Assembly (NCBI GenBank): GCA_963734495.1
Contig: CAVTHK010000001.1
Location: 802,442-866,441, forward strand
Length of the DNA stretch: 64,000 bases
Source of the DNA: an uncultured Spirochaetota bacterium
GTDB lineage: Bacteria > Spirochaetota > Spirochaetia > SZUA-6 > CAVTHK01
Reading direction: 5' to 3'
Shown piece after piece: positions 32,936 to 42,875 of the stretch (positions are counted from its first letter, which is position 1; the number at the start of each line of letters is the position of its first letter). Made by a program: the position numbers and the translations under genes. The notes under the pieces are model-generated. The model did not search any database. It was not told the DNA's origin and saw only the letters and a list, made by a program, of their open reading frames with translations.

Positions 32936-33415
32936 TCAGGCGGGCAACCCGGCGAACGCGAGCTTCTGCTGGATGCAGCCGAGGTGGTAGGCGGCGTGGG
33001 CGACCGCCGCGATGGCGCCGCCGATCGACTCCTCGCTGACCAGCGCGTGCCCGTCGATCGCCGCGCGGAGGTCGTCGTAGCCGTCGCGCAGCCGCTCGAG
33101 GAGCCGCGCCCAGGCCGCGGCGTCGACCGTGGTGACCGCCCAGCTTTCCGACCACTTCCGCGACGAGCGATCGCCGCGGATCCAGGCCGACGAAGCCCCG
33201 AGCGCGAACACCATGTGGTGCACGTGCGCCGCGATCGTGCCCCCGCCGATCGTGCGGGACGCTCCGGCCGCATCGAGCGATCGGAGCGTCCCGAAGAAGC
33301 CTGCGTCCGGGTCGTTGTCCGTAAAGTAGCTCCAGCGTTCCTTCGGCCCCTCGAAGCCCTCGCGCAGCACGGCCTGCAGCTGCCTCAGCGCGACGCCCGT
33401 GGTGATTTCCGCCAT
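32936..33415 (-). CDS. DinB family protein
   Basis: TIAAHVHH, AHAAYHLGCIQQ metal-His motifs; SD GGAGGAGG. Confidence 0.82.
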   Translation of the reverse strand: MAEITTGVALRQLQAVLREGFEGPKERWSYFTDNDPDAGFFGTLRSLDAAGASRTIGGGTIAAHVHHMVFALGASSAWIRGDRSSRKWSESWAVTTVDAAAWARLLERLRDGYDDLRAAIDGHALVSEESIGGAIAAVAHAAYHLGCIQQKLAFAGLPA

Positions 33416-33613
33416 CGCAACCTCCTCCGACGTTCCTATGTGTAGCGTCGATCGCGGCCGCGGGCAACACCCGTTTCGCGAGCCGCAGGCCGGAGCGCGG
33501 AGGCGGACATCGCGGAGGGCCTCCCCGAAGGGGCGGCGGGTCTGCTACAGTGTGCGCGATCCCCGCGACGCCCGGCGCCGCCGGGATCCATCCCCCGTCG
33601 AGAGGAGCTTTCG

Positions 33614-34636
33614 ATGATCCTGGTTTCCAACAGGCGTCTCCCGGACCCCGCTGTCGCGCGCATACGGGCCGCGGGCATCGACTACCACTTCGCCGACAAC
33701 AAGGGTGCGGATCCGCACGGGGCGCCGCCGGAGGTCTACAACGCGGGCATCATGGCTCTGCCCGGGGAGGTCCTGCGGAACGCACAGATGATCATCAACC
33801 CGGCCTACCACGTCACCAGGGCGGTGATGGACGCCATGCCGTCGCTCAAGTGGATCCAGAGCACCGGGGCGGGGATCAACACCGGCGGCGTCCTGATGAC
33901 CGACTGGGAGGAGATCGAGAAGCGGGGCATCATCGTGACCACGGCGAAGTTCCACGCCCCCTGGATCTCCGAGACGGTCATCGGCTACATGCTGCTGCTC
34001 GGCAAGGACTTCCTCCGGCACTACGAGGGGCAGAAGAAGCACCTGAACAGCTCGAAGGAGCGGGGCACGAAGGGCATATACCTCGGCGACGCCACGGCGC
34101 TCATCCTGGGCACGGGGAACATCGGCGGGATGATCGCGAAGCGCGCCAAGCTCGGCTTCGCCATGAAGACCATCGGCATCAACTCGGACGGTCACGCCGT
34201 CGAGCACTTCGACGAGACCTACCCGCTCTCCGAGCTGGACCGCCTTCTTCCCCGGGCGGACTTCGTCGTCCTCACGCTCACGCTGACCGAGAAGACGCAG
34301 TTCATCATCAACGGGAGGAACCTCCCCAGGATGAAGAGGTCCGTCTTTCTCATCAACATCTCGCGGGGCGACCTGATCGTGGAGGACGACCTGGTGCAGG
34401 CGCTTCGCGACAAGGTGATCGCGGGCGCGGCGCTCGACGTGTTCCACCACGAGCCGCTGCCCAAGGGAAGCCCCCTCTTCGACCTGGAGAACGTCTTCCT
34501 CACCCCGCACGCCTCCTGCATCGGGATGAAGGACCCCTGGATGCACCTCGCGGACCGATTCCTCGCGAACTACGAGTTCTTCAAGAGGGGCGAGTACGCG
34601 AAGATGCGCGAGGTCGCCAACGCCAAGCGGTACTGA
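33614..34636 (+). CDS. D-2-hydroxyacid dehydrogenase
   Basis: ILGTGNIG, INISRG, ALDVFHHEPLP, LTPH. Confidence 0.92.
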   Translation: MILVSNRRLPDPAVARIRAAGIDYHFADNKGADPHGAPPEVYNAGIMALPGEVLRNAQMIINPAYHVTRAVMDAMPSLKWIQSTGAGINTGGVLMTDWEEIEKRGIIVTTAKFHAPWISETVIGYMLLLGKDFLRHYEGQKKHLNSSKERGTKGIYLGDATALILGTGNIGGMIAKRAKLGFAMKTIGINSDGHAVEHFDETYPLSELDRLLPRADFVVLTLTLTEKTQFIINGRNLPRMKRSVFLINISRGDLIVEDDLVQALRDKVIAGAALDVFHHEPLPKGSPLFDLENVFLTPHASCIGMKDPWMHLADRFLANYEFFKRGEYAKMREVANAKRY

Positions 34637-34663
34637 GGGCGCCTCGGGCCGCGGCGCCGGCGG

Positions 34664-35392
34664 CTACCAGTCCAGGTCGGGCAGCAGCTCCACGGTTTCG
34701 TCGAGCTTGCGGCCCAGCTTCTCGTAGAACCGGCGCCGGTCGACGCGGTCCTTCTGCTGGATCCTGTAGGCGCGCTTGCCGACTTCTTCCGCGATGCCCT
34801 GCGGCACGCAGATGACGCCGTCGTCGTCGGCGACGATCATGTCCCCGGGGCGCACGGGAACGCCGGCGCACACGACCGGCTCGTTGTCGCTGATGATTCG
34901 TATGCGGCCCATGGGATGCGTGTACGAGCGGACTGTGGAGAAGACCGGAGAGCGCTGCATGATGCACTCGCCGCTGTCGCGGCACGTGCCGTCGATGACG
35001 AACCCGACGACGCCCTTGGACATGTAGCTGAGGGTGTTGGCGGAGCCCAGGATGCCGGCCCGGGTGCCGTGCGCGGCGATCACCAGCACTTCGCCGGGCG
35101 TGCCCTCGTACTTCGCGACGCCGGGCAGGCCGTAGGAGCTGTAACCGCCGTCTTCGATGGGCGCGTACTGCTTCTTGTCGAACTCCTCGTAGCTCATCGC
35201 CGGCATCCTGCGGTCGTACCTGTCGAACTCCTGGGTGTGGGCCGGACCCGCGAAGCGGATCCCGTCGAACATGGGGCGCATGGCGAGCGCCATCTCGTAG
35301 ATGTCCTGCAGCCCCATCGAATCGAGGGCGTCGCACACGTCGGCGCCGCGGAGGATCCGGTACAGGTCGATCGTCTTTCTTGACACGGGCAT
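34664..35392 (-). CDS. RraA-like / HMG-CHA aldolase family protein
   Basis: DVCDALD, FAGPAHT, IDGTCRD, VRPGDMIVADDDGV; ATG 35392 with SD AAGGAG. Confidence 0.85.
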   Translation of the reverse strand: MPVSRKTIDLYRILRGADVCDALDSMGLQDIYEMALAMRPMFDGIRFAGPAHTQEFDRYDRRMPAMSYEEFDKKQYAPIEDGGYSSYGLPGVAKYEGTPGEVLVIAAHGTRAGILGSANTLSYMSKGVVGFVIDGTCRDSGECIMQRSPVFSTVRSYTHPMGRIRIISDNEPVVCAGVPVRPGDMIVADDDGVICVPQGIAEEVGKRAYRIQQKDRVDRRRFYEKLGRKLDETVELLPDLDW

Positions 35393-35475
35393 GTCCGCAC
35401 GCTCCTTGTTTCCCGCTCCCCGCGGGAGTGTTCTTCGAAGCGTTTGTCTCATGGGAAACGCCGCGCGTCAACGCG

Positions 35476-35518
35476 AAAAAACGGCGCCGCAGCGTGCGCG
35501 GCACGCCGCTGCGGCGCC
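35476..35518 (-). terminator. Intrinsic terminator
   Basis: Stem GGCGCCGCAGCG / CGCTGCGGCGCC with a T6 run 2 nt further on the minus strand. Confidence 0.65.
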
Positions 35519-35527
35519 CCGGATCGC

Positions 35528-35657
35528 CTACATTCCGAGCTGGAGGCCTCCCTGCACGTACCACGAATCCTTCAGGTCGTACCGCGAAGCCTCGTCTGCG
35601 CCGTCGAAGAACTCGAACCGCCCCTGGAACGTGTATGAATCGAGCGTCTGCCGGTGG
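35528..35657 (-). pseudogene. 3' remnant of a probable outer-membrane beta-barrel gene
   Basis: HRQTLDSYTFQGRFEFFDGADEASRYDLKDSWYVQGGLQLGM*; alternating terminal strand, coding-like codons, followed by the terminator; no start found. Confidence 0.45.
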
Positions 35658-35763
35658 GGGGAGGGCCGACCGGCGAGCCCGCGCCGGCGCCGCGATCCCG
35701 CGGGGCGACACGCGTCCGTCCGCGCCGTTGTGCGCTGACGGGCTCGCGGCTAAAGTGGTGCGT

Positions 35764-36604
35764 ATGCGACAGGAACAGCTCCAGGGGAAGGTCGCGGTCG
35801 TTACCGGAGGGGGCCGCGGCATCGGCAAGGCGATCGCGAGGCGCTTCCTCGCCGAGGGGGCCCGCGTCGCGCTCAACGAGCGGGATGCCGGGTACGCGCA
35901 CGACCTGGAGCGCGAGGCGGACGGCGAGGCGCGCGCAGCGGCTGCTCGTGCTCGAGGGCGACATCTCGTACCGCGAGCCGGTCGAGGCCCTCTACCGCGC
36001 GGTCCTCGAGCGCTTCGGCGGCGTCGACATCCTCGTGAACAACGCGGCGTGGGTCACCTGCCGGCGCCACTTCCTCGACTACGACGAGGCGTTCTGGGAC
36101 GAGGTCGTGCGCAACAACCTCAAGAGCGTCTATCTCAACTGCCGCAGGGCCGCCGACATCATGCTCGAGCGGGGAGGCGGCAGCATCGTGAACCTCTCGT
36201 CCATCGGCGCCACCCGTGCGCACAGGGAGATGGTCGCCTACGATGCCTGCAAGGGCGCGATCGAGGCGATGACCCGGGCGCTCGCGGTCGAGCTCGCGCC
36301 GTGGGGCATACGCGTCAATGCCGTGAGCCCCGCGGCCATCGTCGGGGTTCCGACGGCGGCGGTGCCGCCCGAGGCCCTCGCGAGCAGGGACCCGGCGCGC
36401 TTCGTGACGCCGCTCCTGCGCCAGGGCGAGCCCGAAGACGTCACGGGCGCCGTCCTGTACTTCGCGGCCGGCGACTCGGCGTTCGTCACCGGACAGTGCG
36501 TCGCCGTCGACGGAGGGCTCGCGGCGCAGGCGCGGCCCTACGCCCTCGACGTCGCCCCCACGGTCACCCCGGCGGCGCGGCCGGGAGGGGAGCGGCAGCC
36601 ATGA
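35764..36604 (+). CDS. SDR family oxidoreductase (frameshift near 35930)
   Basis: TGGGRGIG, LVNNA, NLSS, YDACK, IRVNAVSP, VDGG. Confidence 0.9.
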
Positions 36605-37770
36605 CGGACGCGATCGGGAGCTTCGGCTTCCAGTTTCCCGTGCGGCTGCTCTTCGGATGGGGGCGCGTCTCGGAGCTCGGCGTCGAGGCCGCGCGCCTCG
36701 GCCGACGCGCGCTCGTGGTCACGACCGGCCGTCTCTTCGAGCAGACCGGCCTCGCGGGACGCGTGGCGCGGATCCTCGCCGGGGCGGGCGTCGAGCATTC
36801 GGCGTTCGCCGACGTCGGCCCGAACCCGCTCACCGACGAGATCGACGCGGGCGCAGACGAGGCGAAGGCTCGGGGAGTCGACGTCGTCGTGGCCCTCGGC
36901 GGGGGGAGCGCCATCGACGCGGCCAAGGGCATCGCGGTGGCCGCGGGCCATGACCGGCCGATCTGGAGCTTTGCCGACCCCGCCGGCCGGGCCGGGCTCG
37001 GCGAGCGCATGCTCCCCGTGATCGCGGTCCCGACGACGGCAGGGACCGGCAGCGAGGTCACGCAGTACATCGTCGTGACGCACAAGGCGAGCCGCAGGAA
37101 GCCGGGGATCGCGAGCAGCCGAACCTACCCGGCCGCGGCGATCGTAGACCCCGAGCTCACAGTCGGGCTGCCCCCTTCGGTCACGGCCGTCTCCGGGGTC
37201 GACGCGATGACCCACGCCATCGAGGCCTACGCCAACAGGAACGCCAACCCGATCACCGACGGCTTCTGCCGCGAGGCGCTGCGGATGGTCGGGGCTCACC
37301 TCCGGGAAGCCGTGAGGGACGGCTCTTCGCGGCCGGCCCGCACCGCGATGGCGCTGGCCGCGACGCTGGCCGGCTCGGCCATCGCCATCTGCCGCACCAC
37401 GGCCTGCCACGCGCTGGCGCACGCGGCCGGCGGCATCGCGGGCCTCACCCACGGCGAGGCGCTCGCGGCGCTGACGCCGGCCGCAATGCGGCGCCTCACG
37501 CTGCGCGCGCCCGGCCGCTACGCCGAGGTCGGAGCGCTGCTCGCAGGCGATGCCGCCGGCGCGGCCGACCCGATGGCGAGCGTCGCCGCCGTCGAGCGGC
37601 TGATCGCCGACGTCGGCCTCGGACGCGGGCTCGGCGCGCAGGGCGTCGCGCGCGCGGACTTGGCCGCCATCGCCGACGCCGCCCTCGACTACATGAAGGG
37701 CGCGATCGAGGCGACTCCCGTAGAGGTGACGCGCGAGGACCTGGTCGCCATCCTCGAGGCGTCGTACTGA
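36601..37770 (+). CDS. Iron-containing alcohol dehydrogenase
   Basis: GGGSAIDAAK, PTTAGTGSE, DAMTHAIE, HALAH, THG. Confidence 0.92.
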   Translation: MTDAIGSFGFQFPVRLLFGWGRVSELGVEAARLGRRALVVTTGRLFEQTGLAGRVARILAGAGVEHSAFADVGPNPLTDEIDAGADEAKARGVDVVVALGGGSAIDAAKGIAVAAGHDRPIWSFADPAGRAGLGERMLPVIAVPTTAGTGSEVTQYIVVTHKASRRKPGIASSRTYPAAAIVDPELTVGLPPSVTAVSGVDAMTHAIEAYANRNANPITDGFCREALRMVGAHLREAVRDGSSRPARTAMALAATLAGSAIAICRTTACHALAHAAGGIAGLTHGEALAALTPAAMRRLTLRAPGRYAEVGALLAGDAAGAADPMASVAAVERLIADVGLGRGLGAQGVARADLAAIADAALDYMKGAIEATPVEVTREDLVAILEASY

Positions 37771-37797
37771 CGCCCCGGTCGAGAAAGGACGGACTCC

Positions 37798-38589
37798 GTG
37801 CGCATCTTCGCGAACCTCTCCCCGTTTGCCCCGCAGATCCTCGCGGGCGCCATCAGCAGCGGCAGGGAGCTCATGCGCGAGGTCGACCGCCACGGGTTCG
37901 ACGGCATCGAGGTGAACCTGGTCACGCTCACCCGCCCGGGAGGCGAGCGGCTCCTCGACGGGCTCGACTACGACCGGGTGAGCTTCCACTCCAACTACTT
38001 CGAGTTCAACCCGGGAGCCTCCAACCCCTACGTCCGGGATGCGGCGGTCCGGCAGCTGCAGGACGAGCTCGCCCTCGCCTCGAGGCGCGGCGCGCGCGTC
38101 CTCACGTTCCACCCGGGGGCGAAGGGCAAGAGGGCGAGCCGCGAGGAGTCGCTCGAGAACGCCGTGGCGTCGATCCGCCGTGTGATCGAGCAGAGCTCCG
38201 GCCTGCTCGCATCGGGGCGGCCTTTCCTCTGCGTGGAGAACATGGACGCGAGCCCCGAGAAGCTGTGCGGGACGGAGGAGGAGCTCGCTTTTCTGCTCGA
38301 CCGGCTTCCCGAGGTCGGGCTGACCTTCGACCTCGCCCATGCGGGGTTGCGCGGGCTCGACATCGAGCGGTTCGCGAGCCGCTTTGCCGGCCGCATCCGG
38401 CACGTGCACGCGAGCGGCGCGATCGCCGGAACGCCGCACGGCGAGGTCTCCGTCGAGGAGAGCACCGTCGACTTCTCGGCCTTCGTGCGGGGCTACGCCT
38501 CGAGCGATCGGATCGCCTGCATCGAGAACCGGTCCTTGGAGCTTGCCTGCGCGAGCAAACGCGCGCTCGAGAGGTGGGCAAAGAACTGA
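37798..38589 (+). CDS. Sugar phosphate isomerase/epimerase (AP endonuclease 2 TIM barrel)
   Basis: TFHPG, CVENM, FDLAHA, HVHAS. Confidence 0.8.
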   Translation: MRIFANLSPFAPQILAGAISSGRELMREVDRHGFDGIEVNLVTLTRPGGERLLDGLDYDRVSFHSNYFEFNPGASNPYVRDAAVRQLQDELALASRRGARVLTFHPGAKGKRASREESLENAVASIRRVIEQSSGLLASGRPFLCVENMDASPEKLCGTEEELAFLLDRLPEVGLTFDLAHAGLRGLDIERFASRFAGRIRHVHASGAIAGTPHGEVSVEESTVDFSAFVRGYASSDRIACIENRSLELACASKRALERWAKN

Positions 38590-38621
38590 CGCCGCGCGGG
38601 CAGCGGCCCTCGCGGCGTCAG
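38586..38621. terminator. Hairpin between convergent genes
   Basis: CTGACGCCGCG (38586-96) / CGCGGCGTCAG (38611-21). Confidence 0.5.
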
Positions 38622-38637
38622 GATCGGCGGGCCGGCA

Positions 38638-40107
38638 TCACTTGCTCTTGGCGTTGATCTCCGCGAGGATGGCGGCGAAGCCCACCTCCTTCTTGTAGGC
38701 GTCGAACTCGCTCTTCAGCTGCTCGAAGGTGATCTGGCCGAGCACGCACTTCCATAGCAGCTGGTTCTTCTTGTCCACCATGTCTTCGCGGATCTGGTCG
38801 AAGCCGGCGACGGAGACCGCCGGCTCGCTCATCGAGGCGTAATAGCCGTTCCTGGCCAGCCCCGCGTTGTACGCGTTCTGCACGTCGGAGATCTTCTGCG
38901 CCGAGGCCGGCAGCTTGAAGGGCAGCTTCTGCTCCGGGTCGTAGGGCTCCCACGGATCGATCGGCTGGCCCTTGAGCGCCGCGATCGTGCCGTCCTTGAT
39001 CTCGTAGTCGACTCCGGGCACCCCGTAGGTGAAGAGCAGGCGCACGTCCAGGTCGAAGAAGAACTTCTCGATGAACTGGTCCCAGACGAACTGAGGGCTC
39101 TTGCTTCCCTTGGTGATGCACACGGGCGTTGTGCCCGCAGTGAGGCTCATGCCCATGACGCCCCCCTTGGGGTTGACGATCGGCGTCATCAGGCCGACCT
39201 CCGCCTTGGGGAAATTCTTCGTGACGTCCTTGTAGACGGAGGAGTAGCGGTCGTACCAGTACACGAAGCTCGAGCCCTTTCCGGAGGCGAACTTGGCCCT
39301 CACCACGTCGCTCTTCTGGGGAAGGGCGTGCTCGGAGTCGATGTAGCCCTCGCTGTAGAGCGTCCTGATGAAGTCGATGTAGTCCTTGAGCTGGGGCGTA
39401 TCCCAGCCCTCCCTGAACGCGGCGTCGCCCGGGTGCCTGATGACGGGCAGGACCGTCACGTCGAAGTAGTTGGCGATGACCTGAGTGTAGCCGGTGTTGT
39501 CCATCCGCACGACGAGCGGGTAGGTCTTGATGCCTTCGGGCCCCCTGTAGCGGTCGCGGACCGCCCGGCAGTACGCGATGAACTCGTCCAGGGTCGTGGG
39601 CATGGAGAGACCGAGGGACTTCAGGATGTCGAGCCTCATCCACAGCGCCCCCTTCTGCCCCATGTCCGTCGGGACCCCGTAGGCCTTGCCGTCGACCGTG
39701 TGGGCCTCGAAGGCCTGGAGGTTGGCCTCCTTGAGCTTCGTCATCTTCGGGGAGGCCTTGATGAACCCGTCGAGGGGAACAAAGAACCCCTGCCGCACAA
39801 AGGCGTCCAGCCTCGCGACCCTCGGCCTGGCGATGTCGGGGAAATCCCCCGCCATGAAGCGGGCGATCATGATCTCGTCGGAGCCCGAAGAGCTCACCGG
39901 CTGGATCTCGAGCGTGATCCCGGTGATCTTCTTGAACTGCGCGACGAACGGAGCGATTCTGGACTCTTCGCCGTGGAACGACGTCTCCATGTAGACGATC
40001 TTCTCGAGGGCCTGCGCCTTGGCCGCGGCCTCGGGCTCGCCCGTCGCGAACGCGGCCGCGGCCGCGACGAGCGCAAGCGCCATGACGAGAACCTTCATCT
40101 TGATCAT
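38638..40107 (-). CDS. Carbohydrate ABC extracellular solute-binding protein (LplA-like)
   Basis: Signal AAFATGEPEA; GDFPDI, DGKAYGVP, PTTLDEF, YGVPGVDY. Confidence 0.87.
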   Translation of the reverse strand: MIKMKVLVMALALVAAAAAFATGEPEAAAKAQALEKIVYMETSFHGEESRIAPFVAQFKKITGITLEIQPVSSSGSDEIMIARFMAGDFPDIARPRVARLDAFVRQGFFVPLDGFIKASPKMTKLKEANLQAFEAHTVDGKAYGVPTDMGQKGALWMRLDILKSLGLSMPTTLDEFIAYCRAVRDRYRGPEGIKTYPLVVRMDNTGYTQVIANYFDVTVLPVIRHPGDAAFREGWDTPQLKDYIDFIRTLYSEGYIDSEHALPQKSDVVRAKFASGKGSSFVYWYDRYSSVYKDVTKNFPKAEVGLMTPIVNPKGGVMGMSLTAGTTPVCITKGSKSPQFVWDQFIEKFFFDLDVRLLFTYGVPGVDYEIKDGTIAALKGQPIDPWEPYDPEQKLPFKLPASAQKISDVQNAYNAGLARNGYYASMSEPAVSVAGFDQIREDMVDKKNQLLWKCVLGQITFEQLKSEFDAYKKEVGFAAILAEINAKSK

Positions 40108-40174
40108 TGTCTTCCTCCTCTTGAGCTGCGTTTCGTGCCGGCAGGAGTGCCGTTGCAGGAAACCTCCTTTCCTC

Positions 40175-41023
40175 TCACCCCTTGAGCGAGCCGAGCAGGA
40201 TCCCCTTGGTGAAGTAGCGCTGCAGGAACGGGTAGAGCACGAGGACCGGGATCAGGGCCACGATCACCGTCGTGTACTTGATGTTCTGCAGCAGCATCAT
40301 GTTGGGGTCTTCCCGGTCGATCTCCTCGTTCTTGATGATGATGGACCTGAGGATGACTTGAAGTGTGTGCTTGCGGCTGTCTGAGATGTAGAGGACGATC
40401 GTGAAGTAGGAGTTCCACATGTCCACGAAGTAGAAGAGCGCGATCGTGGCGATCACGGGAAGAGAGAGCGGGATCACGATCCTCGAGAGCGTGGCCCACT
40501 CCGAGGCCCCGTCGATCCGCGCCGAGTCGAAGAGCTCCGTCGGCAGCGACTGGAAGTAGTTGCGCATGATGATGAGGTTGAAGGAGCCGATGCCGCCGAC
40601 CAGGATGATCCCGAGGTACTTGTTGAGCAGGCCCAGCTCGCGGACCAGGAGGTACTTGGGGAGGAACCCGAGGCTGATCAGCATGGGCAGCACGACGACG
40701 AAGTTGAAGAAGCTCCTCCCCGGCAGGCCCCTGTCGGCCAGCGGGTAGGCCAGGATGCAGGTCATCACCATGCTGAAGACGGTGCTCGTCACCGACAGGT
40801 AAATGCTGTTCAGGAGGGGGCGCATGATGATGTTGTTGTCGATGACGAACCGGTAGTTCTCGAGAGTGAAGGCCTTGGGCCAGATGCGGAAGGCCGGGTC
40901 CGGCGACTGCGACAGCGTGAGCTGCCAGATGTACATGATGGGGATCACGACGGCGAGGGCGAGGAGAGTCATGAACGTGTAGTTCAAGAGGTTGAACGCC
41001 TTTTGCCCCCGGCTCTCTTTCAT
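40175..41023 (-). CDS. Carbohydrate ABC permease (LplC/YtcP-like)
   Basis: DSARIDGASE EAA loop, YPFLQRYFTKGILLGSLKG. Confidence 0.92.
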   Translation of the reverse strand: MKESRGQKAFNLLNYTFMTLLALAVVIPIMYIWQLTLSQSPDPAFRIWPKAFTLENYRFVIDNNIIMRPLLNSIYLSVTSTVFSMVMTCILAYPLADRGLPGRSFFNFVVVLPMLISLGFLPKYLLVRELGLLNKYLGIILVGGIGSFNLIIMRNYFQSLPTELFDSARIDGASEWATLSRIVIPLSLPVIATIALFYFVDMWNSYFTIVLYISDSRKHTLQVILRSIIIKNEEIDREDPNMMLLQNIKYTTVIVALIPVLVLYPFLQRYFTKGILLGSLKG

Positions 41024-41024
41024 T

Positions 41025-42011
41025 CTAGAAGATCCCCAGCTCTCCCTCGCTCACTCTCTTGGCGAGGGCGTTGGTCGACGTCACGAGGATGAGGCCGAAC
41101 GCGGCCCGGAAGACCGACACTGCCATCGCGGACCCGAACTGCAGCTTCTGGATGCCGATCCGGTACGCGTATGTCATGAGCACGTCGCTCGGTCCCCGAA
41201 CGATGGGCGTCGTGAGCACGAAGACCTGCTGGAAGATGTCGAGGATCTTCCCCATCGACAGGATGAGCACGATGACGATGACGGAGCGGATGCCCGGCAG
41301 CGTGACGTGCCACGTCTGCTTCCACCGGCCGGCGCCGTCGATGGTGGCCGCTTCGTAGAGGTTGAGGTCGATGCCGGACAGGGTGGCCAGGTAGACCACC
41401 GTGCCGAACCCGGCTCCCCGCCAGATGTCGGTGAACACGAGGAGCCCCCTGATGTAGCGCTCGTCGGCCCACCAGTAGACGGGCTTGCGGCCGAGGAGCG
41501 CCGCGAGCTGGGCGTTCGGGCTCTCCATCGGGGAGAGGATGATGTACCAGACGGCGCCGACCACCACCCACGACAGGAAATGGGGAAGGTAGATGATCGT
41601 CTGGATCGTCCTCTTGATCGGCGTGATCCGCATCTCGTTCAGGAGGAGCGCCAGGATGATCGGGACGGGGAAGCCGAACACGAGCTGCAGGAGGCTGATG
41701 TAGATCGTGTTGAAGAAGGACCTGAGGAACTGCGTGGTGCTGAACAGCTTCGTGAAGTTGTCGAGGCCGACGAACCTGACCTGGTCGAGCGGCACCATCC
41801 CGATGTTGGTGAAAGCCCAATAGACTTTGAGCATCGGGTAGTAGTCGAAGACCAGGTACCAGAGCAGGCCGATGGCGAGCATCACCAGCATGCCCTTGCG
41901 GGTCTTGAGCCTCTCGAGCAGCCTGCTTCGCTCGTGGCTGTGCTCGCGCTTCGACGAGGCGGGGGGAGCGGGCGCGGTCTCTGCGCTGGTGGTCGGCCGG
42001 ATGCTTTCCAT
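41025..42011 (-). CDS. Carbohydrate ABC permease (LplB-like)
   Basis: FVGLDNF, YLPHFLSWVV, LYEAATIDGAGR. Confidence 0.92.
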   Translation of the reverse strand: MESIRPTTSAETAPAPPASSKREHSHERSRLLERLKTRKGMLVMLAIGLLWYLVFDYYPMLKVYWAFTNIGMVPLDQVRFVGLDNFTKLFSTTQFLRSFFNTIYISLLQLVFGFPVPIILALLLNEMRITPIKRTIQTIIYLPHFLSWVVVGAVWYIILSPMESPNAQLAALLGRKPVYWWADERYIRGLLVFTDIWRGAGFGTVVYLATLSGIDLNLYEAATIDGAGRWKQTWHVTLPGIRSVIVIVLILSMGKILDIFQQVFVLTTPIVRGPSDVLMTYAYRIGIQKLQFGSAMAVSVFRAAFGLILVTSTNALAKRVSEGELGIF

Positions 42012-42166
42012 CGGTCGCCTGGATTCTATACCCGCGGGTACAGCCGCTCAAACATGGCCGCCGCAGCGGTCTCGCGCCGGGCTGCGGGCGGTCCCCGCAG
42101 CCTTGCCCGGGCGAGCTTCCCACAGACGCGCCCGGACCGTGCATGCTGGTGAGAGGAGGCGTCCCG

Positions 42167-42490
42167 ATGACAAAAATCCATCTGCGGACTGCAGCGATCG
42201 CGACAGCCCTCGTGCTGAGCTCCATCGTCTGGCAGTTCAGGGTCTCCGCGGGGAGGAATCCCTGAATGCCGACGATCTGCAGGCAGCCCAGTTGACCGCG
42301 GCCTCCAGGTTCGACGGCTTCACGACCCACGCGAGGAGCGACAAGAACGTCACCATCGAAGCCATGGATGCGGCGCGAACCGCATCCGACGGCGAGGTGT
42401 TTCAACGCGAGGATCAAGCTGAACGGCGGCGGCGCCGCCGACTACCGCTCGATTCGTTTCGTCACCAAGGCGAAAGCGGATGTCACTGAC
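42167..42490 (+). pseudogene. Truncated exported protein, pectate-lyase-associated (CBM77-like) domain remnant
   Basis: SD GAGGAGG plus signal peptide, then across two shifts LNADDL..FDGFTTHARSDKNVTIE..DGEVFNARIKLNGGG..YRSIRFVT; breaks off before higA. Family recalled from memory. Confidence 0.4.
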
Positions 42491-42537
42491 CGTGCCCAGG
42501 GAACGATTTGTCAGGAGGCCCCACCTGCCAGATGGGC

Positions 42538-42852
42538 CTACCGACTTCTGCTTGCCTCCAGAGGTTGAATCTTCGAAAGCGTCTCGGCCTCCGACGTTTG
42601 GGCATGGTACAGGTCCCACCGGAGTTGGAGATTCATCCAGAACCCGGGCGTGTTGCCGAAGAACCGCGCAAGTCGCAGAGCTGTCGCCGGCGTAACTCCC
42701 CGCTTGCGGTTGACGATTTCGTTAACCCGCTGGTAGGGCACGTGTATACCCCGCGCCAAGTCCTGCTGTGAAAGGCCGGTAGGCCTGAGGAACTCCTCCA
42801 AGAGCATCTCCCCTGGATGAGTGGGCTCCCTGTTTGCTGGGACGCGAACCAT
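42538..42852 (-). CDS. higA: HigA family antitoxin
   Basis: PTHPGEMLLEEFL, RVNEIVNRKRGVT..ALRLARFFG..FWMNLQ; SD AGGAGG. Confidence 0.92.
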   Translation of the reverse strand: MVRVPANREPTHPGEMLLEEFLRPTGLSQQDLARGIHVPYQRVNEIVNRKRGVTPATALRLARFFGNTPGFWMNLQLRWDLYHAQTSEAETLSKIQPLEASRSR

Positions 42853-42875
42853 AGGCGTACACCTCCTGGCTGAGG

